A DNA stretch of 64,000 nucleotides. It comes from Eledone cirrhosa (taxonomy: Eukaryota). Numbering within the stretch: position 1 is the first letter of the stretch; each line of letters starts with the position of its first letter. The translations under genes and the position numbers were made by a program. The notes under the pieces were generated by a model, which did no database searches, was not told where the DNA came from, and saw only the letters and a program-made list of their open reading frames with translations. This document shows positions 27,058 through 40,686 of this stretch, one piece after another. Location of the stretch: assembly GCA_964016885.1 (NCBI GenBank), contig OZ024743.1:313906001-313970000 (forward strand), written 5' to 3'.

Positions 27058-27498
27058 CCCTCTCTCTCTCTCCCCCTCTCTCTCTCTCTCTCTCTTCCGC
27101 TATCAATTTCTCTTTGTACCTGTCACCATTTAAATCTCAGTTCCTTTTATACTACCATCCTCTTTCGCTATCGAACAAATTCCCTCCGTTCACCGTAACA
27201 GTCTTTCATTCTGTCCACCTCAATATCATTCACAATCTCACATAACCTCTCTTTCTCATTCACACTTTTTCTATCACTAACTATCCTCTTTACATATTCT
27301 CTCCCTCTCAAGAACTCTATTCATTTTTCGTCACAGAACTAATAATTTTTATATATTTTTGTTTTGTGTTTTCATTCTTCCTCCATTTTCTTTCTATTCT
27401 TTTAATATGTATTTTATATTATTTTATTTGTATTTCTCCTCTTATTTCTTCTTTCAGCATCTACTACCTTCCTATCATTCTTTCCCGTCCTACCACTC

Positions 27499-27564
<66 letters not shown>

Positions 27565-27608
27565 TGTGTGTGTGTTTGTGCAAGTATATATGTATGGCTA
27601 CATATACT

Positions 27609-27659
<51 letters not shown>

Positions 27660-27778
27660 GTGTGTATGCATGTGTATATTTGTCTATCGTTTTTCCAAAC
27701 ACACCACATTCAGTTTGAGATATGGGATATTTATGAGCTGAAAATGATTTCCTTTCTCCAAAATAGTCTCCATACATT

Positions 27779-27831
<53 letters not shown>

Positions 27832-28901
27832 TCTCTCAGTCTGCCGTCTCCTAGTGAGTTATGAATGTAAAACTACTCTTATAGTGATAAACCACAAATA
27901 TTCTATTACAAGTTCTATGCCGACAACTAATACCTTGTGAAAATCCGGATGATGAGCGAATATCTATGTAGTCGTTCTCCTTGCTAGAAAGAGTAGCCAA
28001 ATACCTTTCAAATTCAATGATACTCTATTTAAATATGACATGTAAAAATAATATGGTCAATCGCATTCCTATTCCTTCAGTCTTGCTTCCGTCATTCATT
28101 CATTCATTTATTCCTTCATTTATTCCTTCCTTCATTCATTCACTATTTTGCTAATATTTCTAGGTGTCCATGCAATCGCGAGCAGACACATACATCCTAT
28201 AGAACGCCACACCATTGCGGATGTGACACCTATAAGAAAAAAGGACAACTCAAACACAGTGCTGTTACGTTATTTATAAACGCCGGAAGACAAAGCTAGA
28301 TTTGAACGTATTACTCACTGAGTTTGAACACATATCTCAACGTGTTCTATCAGACATTTTAACAAGTGTGACTTTATATATGTATATTTAATCAGAAAAC
28401 ACAAGGTCATTGAAAATCACTCTGTGCTAACGTAGACAGGGAAATGGCAATTTCATATCTTTTTCTCTGCCTAGCTCTATCAGATAGATTTGGCAAAATG
28501 TTCAGTGGTCACGCCGAGTTACCTACATATCTATATATCTATTTATCAATATGTTGACAATAAATAAAACAACTATCTATCTATCTAGCTAACTGTCTGT
28601 CTACCTGTCTGAGTTTATCTATCTATCTATCTATCTATCCTCTCTCTATCTATCTATCTATCTATCTATCTATCCTCTCTCCACCTATCTATCTCCGGAT
28701 GGTATAGACGTTCTTCACATCGGCTCCTAGAGTATTGGAGATATTACGTGTTAACAGTAAGTGTTTGTCTGTATTCTTGCGTTAGTGTGTTAATTAACCC
28801 CCGTGCCTGGGTCTTCGGACATTAGTGTTAATTTATTTCACCCCTTTTGGGGTGAAATTTTTCATCCTAAAAATCTTGTAATTGTCTCTACGCTAGTGGT
28901 A

Positions 28902-30214
28902 ATGGAAGCCATTACCACAGGTAACGATGACACGCCCACTAAACAAACTGAAGGAGAGCGGCAACAAGCTCCCTACTGAAAGAATAATGATTATTAGAAA
29001 CATTGAAAAAATGGAGCCTAACCCTAATGAAAAAAATGTGAAAAAAATTGACTCGGAGAAATTGCCAAAATTAATGGATGCCGTTTCGACATTTCATGAT
29101 GCCATGCCCACCAGAAAAGGTGAAAGAGACCTAGTAACTGTAACTACAAGTCTCTCGGATACTGAAAATATAAGTGAACATTTTGAAAAAATGGAGTCTA
29201 ACCCCAACGGGGAAAAAATATGAACGCATACATCAACATAAATAACACAAACACAACAAAAAATGAAAATTGTAACAACAAAAAACAAGAAAACCACATT
29301 TCGACAAATGTAAACAGAGAGGGGCCAAACAAAATGACGTTCGCACAAAGCATAACAAAACTATTGTGTACGAACCTATTGACATTTCGAACATGGCCCA
29401 GCAAATGGAAAATGCATGGAAGTATATAACTTTGGAGGAGAATGGTCTATTTTCTTTAAATTCTCCCCCAGAGCTAAAATAGGAAAATAGCTTAAAAACT
29501 ATTATTTATAGGACAATAACAAACAAAACCCGTAAGCCAGTACAACTCACACAGACAGAGATTGAACTGGCGTTAAAAGATCATCTGAAAAACATTGTAT
29601 TCATTCGGAAGGATAGACTCTACGGTCGTCTATCCATCCGAATGAAAGATAAATTGACGACCGATAAACATTCCCTGACCCCTATTGTGTCCCACTTATT
29701 TACCTTCTTCCCCACTTATTTGGGAAGAAAAACACAAAGATTGACCATACACAGTATCGATCCAGATATTGATTTCTGGGCGGTACTGTGTGGCCTCCTC
29801 AAATTGAAAGAGGATGCAGTAATTTCGGTAGGTAAGTCTTCCAGTAACGTGTTCGGTGGAACTAACCTGCAAGTTCTGGTGCAAATGCAGCCAGAACGAA
29901 TTGCTAGGATCCCCGACCGCATATTGCTGGATGGGGTTGCCTACTTACACATCACAGTGGAGGGTAGACGACCCGCTTGTTACCTCTGTGGTGGCAGAGG
30001 TCATCTGAGAACTGCCTGTTTCCAAGCAAACAAAAAGACACCGATTTTGCCCACACCAACAACTACAACACTAACAACACAACCTCCACCACCACCACAA
30101 AAACAACTAACAGCACAAGTTAAAACACAACTGAAAACAATCCCCCCCCCCCCCTACCCCCACACAGAAAACAAATACAATAAAACCCACACCACAAACA
30201 AGAACCGAAAATGA
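28902..30214 (+). pseudogene. Frameshifted gag-like ORF1 of a non-LTR retrotransposon with a CCHC zinc knuckle; no ORF2 follows
   Basis: IPDRILLDGVAYLHITVEGRRPACYLCGGRGHLRTAC (C-x2-C-x4-H-x4-C), upstream TFAQ motif, downstream P/T/K-rich tail. Confidence 0.75.
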
Positions 30215-30395
30215 ACCCCTCCCCTCGAATACGGAAGACGACCTTTCGTCGACAGACGAGAGGAGGGGGGGGGGGGGCACTTTCATAAAGAAAAAGAAAA
30301 AAAAACACACCACAGGAACACAGATACAAACAAGCCCTTAGTGCATAGAGTGCTTGATTTGGTACCAACGCCAGTATTTCACCGTACTACCTACA

Positions 30396-30452
<57 letters not shown>

Positions 30453-30660
30453 GAAAATAATGAACCGAAATTTCATTTCTTACTCTTAGTACGGCTGGTA
30501 CTTAAATGTAAGTATGTATGTATACGTGCATACATATATGAATACAGACGTACAGTAGTATGTATATATATACCTACATGCACACATATATATATGTACG
30601 TATGGGTTTACCGAACATTTATTATAATGCTCGGTTTGTTTGCTCAACACTGACACAGGA

Positions 30661-30703
30661 ACGATGTACAAGTTTCAAGCTTATTAGCTATCGTCAGCAT
30701 CGT
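30661..30703 (-). ncRNA. Type I minimal hammerhead
   Basis: Reverse complement: acgatg-CTGACGA-tagct-aata-agctt-GAAA-cttg-TA-catcgt. Confidence 0.88.
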
Positions 30704-30852
30704 ATAACTTTCTGTTAGATGGTTGAACGTCTGAAAGTATATACTTTCCTTATGCATATTAACGGCTTAGTAGCCTAATTTGCATATCGAGTGAGTTAGT
30801 CGGCCGGGCGCACCGAAAACGATAAATGGAAAACCATCTGACAGAAAGGTAT

Positions 30853-30895
30853 ACGATGCTGACGATAGCTAATAAGCTTGAAACTAATACATCGT
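30853..30895 (+). ncRNA. Type I minimal hammerhead
   Basis: acgatg-CTGACGA-tagct-aata-agctt-GAAA-ctaa-TA-catcgt. Confidence 0.85.
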
Positions 30896-31169
30896 TCCTG
30901 TGTCAGTGTTGAGCAAAAAGGTGACGATGGTTGCCTGAAAACTGTACGGCTTAATTCGGGCTGTTTGTTTGTTTACAAACAAACCGACCATTATAATAAA
31001 TGTTCGGTAAAGCCATACGTACATATATATATGTGTGTGCATGTATGTATATATATATATACATACTACTGTACATCTGTATACATATATGTATGTACGT
31101 ATACATACATACATACATTTACGTACCAGCCGTACTAAGAGTGAGAAATGAAATTTTGTTTCATTCTTT

Positions 31170-31333
<164 letters not shown>

Positions 31334-31552
31334 TGTAGGTAGTAAGGTGAAATACTGGTGTTGGCACTATATCAAGCACTCTATGCGCAGACAGAGTTTA
31401 TATGATGGAAAAAACGAGGAAGTTTCGTTTACATATGAATAATATAACTTCTATGGGCCAACTTGAGCCAATCCTCTGCGAAACGCGCCTAACATGTCGG
31501 TAAGCAATAGAAATATTTCATATGTAAACGGAATTTCCCCGTTTTTTCTATG

Positions 31553-31655
<103 letters not shown>

Positions 31656-31747
31656 AGGTGAGTTTTATTGTAGCACAATAAAGCATGCAAATATCGGACT
31701 GGAGTATAAATAATATAAGATCAAATGATGGTTAAAAGAGTTCCTAG

Positions 31748-31818
31748 TATTTTATTATGCGCATTTCAAAAACAAGTTTCATCATGGGATGATATTTGCG
31801 TTCTCATCAGATAAAATA
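31748..31818 (-). ncRNA. Type I hammerhead (long stem II, palindromic stem III)
   Basis: Reverse complement: tattttat-CTGATGA-gaac..ttttt-GAAA-tgcgca-TA-ataaaata. Confidence 0.75.
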
Positions 31819-31907
31819 GGGAGACATGATATGTCGATTTTACAACATATGTTGATTTTACACTTCACTGCTCGCAAGTGTTTTTTAATCTTCATATCAT
31901 GTCTCTC

Positions 31908-31978
31908 TATTTTATCTGATGAGAACACAGATATCATCCCATGATGATAATTTTTTTTGAAATGTGCATAATAAAATA
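31908..31978 (+). ncRNA. Type I hammerhead (long stem II)
   Basis: tattttat-CTGATGA-gaacacagatatcatcccatgatgataattttttt..-GAAA-tgtgca-TA-ataaaata. Confidence 0.75.
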
Positions 31979-32264
31979 CTTGGAATTCTTTTAACCATCT
32001 TTTGATCTTATATTATTTATATATATATATATATATAATATACATATATATATATAATATACATATATATACATAATATACATATATATAATATACATAT
32101 ATATATATAATATACATATATATACATAATATACATATACATATATATATATATATATAATATACATATATATATATAATATACCTATATATATAATATA
32201 CATATATATACATAATATACATATATAATATATATATACCTATATATACATAATATACATATAT

Positions 32265-32325
<61 letters not shown>

Positions 32326-33597
32326 CATATATATATATATATATAGAGAGAGAGACAGAGACAGAGGGGGGGGGGTAAGGAAAGAGAGATAGGGAAGCGA
32401 CGTCATCGTAATTCATTGGATGTCTTTGAAAATGATTAAAGAAAATGTGGAGGAATATTTTTGTTATTGATTTAAATGTATATGCACTTCATATTTAGCT
32501 TTCAAAGGGATAACAATACTCAACCTACGCACTTTTGATGAATTGTTGAATGGAGAAGAAGGAAAATTATCTTCGGTTGATCTAATTTTATTTCTAATTT
32601 TCAACGCTGAATTACTTTCGTGATATAACTTTAAAGTCACGATGAAAGCAATACACGTCTAATAAGGGAAAAAAAAAGAAAAAAAAAACACAATCAAACT
32701 GATATATATATATATGTGTAATTCTTAACCACAGAGAAATGAAATGCTTTAAATATTCTCGTCTTGTGAATAGTATAGCCTTTAAAAACATTGATAAGAA
32801 CACATGAACATCTTCTCGGTTTAGACGCAGACATGGCAATGGATGTAATGATCTCTGAAACATCTTCTTTTAGGGTTAGGTTCTAATGCGTTTGGACGGC
32901 ATGTATCGTCTATTATAAGCTTCAGTTAATCAACACCTTGGCCTTGTGGTATAAAAAATTGCTTCACAATCATGAATTTCTGAGTTTGATCCCATTGCGT
33001 GGTGTCTTTGCTAATGAATTTTCTGAAACGAAGTGGGAGAGCAAACACAATGAGGGAGAGAGAGAAAGAAAGAATGTGCGAGAAAAAGTGGAAGAGAGAG
33101 AGAGGGAGAAAGAGAGCCGTGTGCTGCTGTTTTTAGTTTTAGATTTTTTCTAATTTGTGTATATGTTACTGGTATATTCTAATCAAACGCCAAAATGCCT
33201 AAGTGTGAGTGTGTGTCCGTGAAACATATACTCATACACTATGTCCGAAAACAAAGGAACCAAATTCTCACTATCACCGTCTCCGTCTCTACCGCTCTCC
33301 CTATCTCTCAATTGTGACTGAAATTTCGTTGACAGAAACTGTCAGAGCGATTGTACCTGGAATTCAATGATCCAGCCTTGTCGCATATTGTCGCATGTTA
33401 TATCTCCCTACTAATTTTATTGATTGGTTATTTCGTTGATTGAACAGTTGAGACACTCAGAGTCGAAACCGACGAAGGTCCATTTCAAAAACGGAAACCA
33501 TACCATTTCGTGATATTTCGGCCAGCTGCTGAGATTATAACTTTTACTATTCTTGAGAAACAGAATGTTAGCAATAAAACCTAACATTTTACAACAC

Positions 33598-33780
33598 CGG
33601 CAGTATCGGTAGAGGGTCGGACGCCATGCTTTGCAGCATAGAGTTACGGCACGTTATGATCTGAGTTCAAATCCCGCCGAGGTTAACTTTGCCTTTCATC
33701 ATTACGGTGTCGATAAAATAAAGCACCAGTAATGCACTGGAATAATTGCTGGCTTTGTGCCAAAAGTAGAAACAATTATT
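33598..33780 (+). mobile_element. tRNA-derived SINE, same family as 5837-6215
   Basis: ggcagtatcggtagagggtc..gagttcaaatcccgccgaggttaactttgcc..gtgccaaaagtagaaacaatt. Confidence 0.85.
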
Positions 33781-34572
33781 TGTTTATGGAAACCCACTTT
33801 AGTGAAAGTGTTGTCTGACAGGTGGCGGTTGAATAACTATGAAGGAGAACATTAGCGAACAATATGACATCAAAGTGACTCAGAACTAAAAATTTACTAT
33901 AAAGATGTAAAATATAAAAAGAATTTCAGCTCATGCCCATATAAGATTAGCCAGCCCTTACAAAACTAAATTATATAAGCGAAATGTTGGGTGTTTTAAT
34001 GATATGGTACACTGTCCTGACATGAAATGCACCGTAAAATTGTCTTGCTTAGAGTATAACGTTCTGGCTCTAAAGGAATCAAAACCATGACCCTGTGATC
34101 CTGAATTCAATACTTTACTCTCTAGATTATACGTTTATGCATATATAAATCTAACTTTTTTATGCGTCTCTCCGCATGTCTTTCTAGCGCATTCAGTAAA
34201 TAAACCGTGAAATCAAATGTACCCTTTAAGTTCGAAAGAAATTTTGCTTTTTAATTATGAGAGATTCACATCAAGACGCGCTCCTAGAGTGGCGACTAGG
34301 AAGTTGTCCAAGGATTACAGAAAAACTATTTCATACGAAAATCAGTTCTGGTTTGGATTTCAACGCAGGTACTCTGCTGGGATCTTTCAATCATACTTTT
34401 ACGTATTACTGGTTGATATCCTAAATTTGTTTAGGTTTTTTGGAGGAGTGTGAGCTCATCATTTTATAAAAAGTAAATGCCGCTGTATTAAGTTAGATAA
34501 ACCACAAGACGAAACATGTGTGTGCGTGTTTGACTTGGTATCATTTGTATATACAAAATGTGGTTTTCACAC

Positions 34573-34870
34573 GTGGCTTAGTAATTAGGGTATTCGGGGA
34601 TTCGATTCCCGTCATCGCGTTGAGTATTTGATAATGACCTTATTTCACTTTGCTCCAGTCCATTCAACTGGCGAAAATGAGTTATACCTTTAATTCGAAG
34701 GGGAAGCCTTCACACATTCTGCGTCATGTTGAATCTCCCTACATTAAGGGTATGCGTGTCTTCGAAAGGCTCATCTACTTGCAGGTTAAATTCAAGGGCA
34801 AGCTGTTCCGTTGATCGTATCAACTGGAATACTCGTCGTAATAACCGACTGAGTGCCATAGCTAACCAAC
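34573..34870 (+). mobile_element. tRNA-derived SINE, second family (diverged)
   Basis: A box gtggcttagtaatt, B box gattcgattccc. Core ttatttcac.ttgctccagt..a.tca.ctg..gaaa.tgagt is shared with 35982-36130. Confidence 0.65.
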
Positions 34871-35981
34871 ATTTGTATACATAAATAAATACATTACGAC
34901 ACACATATGAGCACATACATACACTTGCAGATCTACCGCCCGGAGGTTGGTAATTCTTCTAATACATAATAATCAATGAAGAACAGTTTATAATCCATAA
35001 AACCTTAGGTTGGTTATTCAGTAATATCTCAACAGGATGAAGAGGAATCACGTGGTGCCACCGAGGTAAAATAATCTCGTACTTCCGTTTATTAATGTTG
35101 TCTATCGAATTATTCTTTTTGTATTTAATTAATGAGATCACAGCTATATTACAGAGACTTCTAAGAATGAAATATTCATGATACAAATTAGATTTATCAT
35201 ATTACTAATCGTTAAAGTTATACATCTAATGTTTCATTTACCAGCGTGTGTTAGCCTGGCAGGAGAAAATAAATTGATAGGACTAATGATTTCTAATTTT
35301 CGAAGAAACAGTAAATAAATATACAATCGTGTATATGGCTGGTAGGTATATCATTGATTCGTGAATGATAAGCATTATTTAGTGAGTTACATCGTTCTCC
35401 CGCTAGGATCAACAGAATAAATTCCTTGTCCCAAAGGTTAACTACTTATCATTGCCATCTTCAGTTCCTGGATAGAATCCAGATCAATATCTCCTTTCAG
35501 GTTCTCAATGAATGTTACATGAGGTGCACCACAATCCACTGTCCACGATTGCTCTCATCCCGTAAATATTGAAGACTAGTATCGAGCTTCAGGTGTCAAT
35601 ATACCCGGAAAGTTAACATTTATTGACTTAGGCTAGTTCCCTATTGACGCCTACAGTTACTGGATATATTTAAAAAGACCAATATCTTGTGTCATGTTCT
35701 CAATGACTCACCACGCTAACCAACATCCAGCCGTGGAACTCCAACATGCATGTTGACGTACACAATGTCCTGAAATATCGAGTCGACGCTCTTTGACTTC
35801 AATTATCTTTGGGACGGTTCAAATACAGCTGTTATTTCACATCAAGGGAAAAGGGCTAAGTCAAACCGGCCAGTATTTGGGCAAACAATCCTAAGAGTAA
35901 AAGATGATTTACATGTTAATTTCACAATCCCATTGTTTGAATCATCTGTAACATATGTCCTCCTTATATATATATATGTGA

Positions 35982-36130
35982 AGGCGCATGGCTTAGTGGT
36001 TAGAGCATTGAGCTTGCAATCGAAAGGTTGTGAGTTCAATTTTCGGACAGGGTGATGTGTTGTTTCCTAGAGCAAGACACTTTATTTCACGTTGCTCCAG
36101 TGTACTCAGCTGTAGAAATGAGTACCAGCC
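35982..36130 (+). mobile_element. tRNA-derived SINE 5' portion, second family
   Basis: tggcttagtggttaga (A box), gagttcaatt (B box), gagcaagacactttatttcacgttgctccag core. Confidence 0.75.
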
Positions 36131-36244
36131 TGCCCGCCCAGCCACTGGGATGGCGTTATCTTATGGCTAAAACAGCACGACGTGCTGTGACAGCACCCAA
36201 GCGATAGAAAACCACGGGCGAAAGGTGTAAGGGAATAACTGCGA

Positions 36245-37405
36245 ATTTCCGGAAACAGTGCTGACGTATGCGACTTGGTTGGATTATTCATTTTAGATAT
36301 ATTACGTGTTAGATTCCCGGACTTCAACAGGGGAATATACCGCGACGATGCTCTGACCTTATCGAGCCATAAAAGTGGTCACGACCTGAAGCGGTTTAAA
36401 TAAGATTTAACTTCTACTTTTAATGAGTTAGGACTTATGATAAGGGTGGCTAGCAACCTCTCTAGCGTAGATTTCTTAGACATTAATTTAGACCTTCGCA
36501 CGCATACCTCCAGACCCTTCCATAAGCTAAACGAAAAACTTAATTACATACACATGGACTCATGCCACCCTCCTACTGTTTTTAGAAACTTCGTAAATAA
36601 GATCAGTACTAGAATTTCTAAACTCTCCCCTAATAAGGCTATCTTTGACAGAGCGGCCCCTTACTATAACACGGCGTTAGCTAACAATGGCTTCTCGCAA
36701 CCAATTACTTACTCCCCCGCTAACAACAACAGCAATAAGAAAAGAAATCGTAACAATAGACAAACTATCTGGTTTTCTCCTCCCTTATCACTCAACGTTA
36801 AAACTAATGTAGAAAAAAAAGGTTTTAGCCCACTTAGATAGACACTTTCCCATAGGTCACAAATACCGCTCCATCTTTAACAGACACAGAGTAAAACTAG
36901 GGTACTCCTGCGCTAAGAATAGGAAGGCCCACATCACCAACAGTCCTAAGAGCGACACCCCACCAGGACGCTCTTGCGGAAAGCCTGAAGCTTGTCCCCT
37001 TCAACAGCAATGCAACACACCCGCTGTAGTTTATGAAGCTGTGGCCAAATCAACCAGAGGAGGTCAAATTCTATGTGGGTATGGCGGAGGGCCGATTTAA
37101 GGAACGCTTCCTGAACCATCAGTCGACCTTTAGGTACCCAGACAAATGAGCATCCACGAAGCTCGCGAGTCACGTATGGTCCCTCAAAGACTTAGGTATA
37201 GGCTACTCCATTCAATGGAAAGCTATCACTAAGTCCAAGCCATACGCAAGAGGCAATCCGTCTTTTTGACTGTGTATTGAAGAAAGGATAAATATTTTAA
37301 AGAGATTACGCAATAGCGATTGCCTTAATTCAAGGAATGAAATCTTCTCACGTTTTCCGCATGTCTGGAAACACCTCTTGCATAGCTACAAAGCTCCGGA
37401 TTGAA
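36245..37405 (+). mobile_element. 5'-truncated, frameshifted Penelope-like element (RT C-half plus GIY-YIG)
   Basis: SADVCDLVGLFIL..GIYRDDAL at about 36257-36355, then VDFLDINLDL..YIHMDSCHP..IWFSPP, then CPLQQQC..VVY..FYVGMAEGRFKERF. Confidence 0.9.
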
Positions 37406-37819
37406 TAACAACTAATTTTCTAATCAACATGTATATATATATTTATATATATATATTTACATATACTTATATGTATATATATCTATATATGTATAGATAT
37501 ATGTATATGATAACTTCACTTCGTTACACTAAATAGCCATCTCTTCAACTAATTCCCTGCTATTGTGAATCACCGCCAACTGCTGGCTGCTGGACAGTTT
37601 GATGACTGAACAGAGTTTGTTTAGTTCAACTTTGCTAGATGTTTCCCATGTGGTATGGTGTGCCGAGTGTCCAAAAATAGGTCTGACCAGACGCTCAGAT
37701 CTCCGCCGAAGCCTGTTGCTGTTCAAACCTATCAGAGTCTAGCGATTAGGATAAGTGGAAACCCAGCAGCACTAAAACACAATATATGTAAGCCGAATTC
37801 TCGGAAACTTTAGAGCTCA

Positions 37820-37888
<69 letters not shown>

Positions 37889-38137
37889 TGTAATAAACAA
37901 CATAAGGCAATTATTTCATTTACCAGTGGTTTCTAGAAAGCAAACAAATTTTGTTTTCAATCATCAGAATGAAAACATCCTGGTGTATTTATTGACATTG
38001 AATTTTAAAAACAGAAATATAATCTATATGAAAGTAAGGCTGGAAAAAGAAGAAGGAAAGGAAACATAAACACACATGCACACACACAATTACATACACA
38101 CACATATATATATATACACATATATATACATACTTAT

Positions 38138-38178
<41 letters not shown>

Positions 38179-38303
38179 TACATACACATATACATACACG
38201 TACATATACACATACATATACATATACATAGATACACACATATATATCAACATATCCATACATACACACACATACAAATACACAAACACACACGCACACA
38301 CAA

Positions 38304-38340
<37 letters not shown>

Positions 38341-38863
38341 CACACACTCATACATATATACACACATACATACACAAAACATACATACACACATATATAC
38401 ACGCATACATACGCATACACAAATATAGATATATGTATACACACCTAGATACGCACACAAATAATTATAAGAAAAAATATAATAATAAAAATACCGTCAC
38501 ATAAGAATAAAAATAAATGTAAATGTAAAAATTATTATAAAGTTGACAGCGATACAGGCACACGTGGTAAGCAATATACACAATTGCACATACACACATA
38601 AACATAAATACATACACACACACACACACACATACACATACATATACATATACACATACATACACATACACATATACACTCACACACACACACGCACACA
38701 TATATATATATACATATATATATATACACATACATATACATACATATACACACACGCATACAAATACATACACACACATGTATGTCTGTAAAACTCATTC
38801 TTAGATGTATTCATTGAACCTTGTTTAACTCTTAAATATATATATATATACACACACACACAT

Positions 38864-38898
<35 letters not shown>

Positions 38899-38982
38899 AC
38901 CTACCCCCCACTCTCCTGAGCGTGAATTTAATAAACATTTATTGTACTGCCTCTCTGTTCTGTCCCTGTTCAATTTTTCATT

Positions 38983-39047
<65 letters not shown>

Positions 39048-39240
39048 CACACACATACATATATAAGAAAATACATAAATATTATATATATATAAAACTA
39101 AAAATGTGAAAGGGGTAAATAAATAGTTGGGAATACGACAAATAATAAATGAATAAATAATTAGAAAAGGGTATAAATGTTTATAGCTGATTTAGAGCAC
39201 TCAGCAAGTTCCTGGAGCAAATGATCAATGAAAATAAGCA

Positions 39241-40686
39241 TTAAATCACTGTATGTAATTTTTTACGGATTGCATTGTACAGTGTTTTGGCCAGTACACC
39301 ATGTCTCATAGGTAGATAGTACCGCGAGGGCATATCTGGACAGCTGCTGATGACATGGGTGATATCTTCGATGTTAGCTCTGCAGAGTCTGCGCTTGTTA
39401 TCACATCTAGGTGTTTTGCCTGCATGACTATCTCTTTTGTGAATCAGGTATTTCGTGTTAATTTCCTGTTCTCGGATTGCAAAAGCGTATCCTTCAAAGT
39501 AGGAGCCAATATAGCGGTTGTTGGTCCAATATAGACTAATTTCCTTATCTATATTACACTCACTCTGGAGCTTCTTGGCAACATATGCATGCATCATTTT
39601 TTGCTGATAAGCATGCAGGTTTTCATCCATGGATTCACTGCGATACTGCTGAGCGACTTCCCTGGGTGTGAGCTTTTGATTATCACACAGGGAATATCTC
39701 TCGAGGAGTTCCTTCCCAACTCTCATGATCTTATCTGTTTCATGCAGATAGACTTGCTCGAGAGACGGGCTCCTACGCTTAGATATTCGTAGATGTTGTC
39801 GGAGGGATATGATGCGATATTCAAATGCTGTCTGGACAGATGTCAGGCCTCTGCCTCCCTGCTTACGTTTCAAGTAAAGGCGGTCTATCTCACTGATGAT
39901 GTGGAAGTTTCCGGTGTTGTTTAGTATTTTTCGAGTTCCAACATCAACTGCTCGGATTTCGTCAAACGTTGGTGTTAGGACAGGCACAGGAAACACATTC
40001 TGAGCCACTGTTTTGTTTTGCGCAGAGAGTTCCGATGACCAAATCTTTCTTAATCGGATGGAGTATTCCCTGGTTACGCGTTCCTTATTACAAATATCAT
40101 TATAGGATATGTTCTCATCTATCCTGAGGTATCTGTAGCAGTCCTCATCAGATATCGGTGAAACAGTTACGCCATTGATGACAATGTTGCTAGATTGGGT
40201 TGTTGTTTTTCCCCGCTTTACAGTCATATATGAGCATTTATCTTGGCCAAACTCCATTCCTATATCCTTTGAGAGCGTTGTAACCAGGTCAAGATTTTTG
40301 TTCATCCCATCCATGCTCTTGGCATAGAGTTTCAGATCATCCACAAAGAAATGATGGGTTAGGTTCGTATTTCTGTTCTCCTGTGAGCCAATCATGTAAC
40401 CTTCACATTTCTTGAGCAGAAAGGATAATGGGTTTAATGACAAGATGAATAATATCACAGAGAGACTGTCTCCCTGAAATATGCTCCTGCGATATTTTAT
40501 TTTATCAGTGAAAATAGAGTCCTCCCTCTCTGTCTTTAACCTTAGGATAGTAGCCCAAGAAGAAGACAGCTTCTCTATGGCTCTGATAATAATGTCTGGG
40601 GCTTTAGCAAGTTGGAAGGCCTCTATCATCCAAGAGTGGGGAACATAATCGAAAGCTTTCCTGTAGTCCAGCCAGACTGTAACCAT
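39241..40686 (-). pseudogene. Reverse transcriptase ORF segment of the R4/Dong-like LINE
   Basis: WLDYRKAFDYVPHSW, IFQGDSLS, HHFFVDDLKLY, and degenerate CCHC RRLCRANIEDITHVISSCP..RH. Confidence 0.88.

Larger units (their letters stand above)
31706..32021. mobile_element. Foldback insert with one hammerhead per arm, ending in (TA)n
   Basis: 31706-31840 is the reverse complement of about 31885-32021. Confidence 0.85.
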
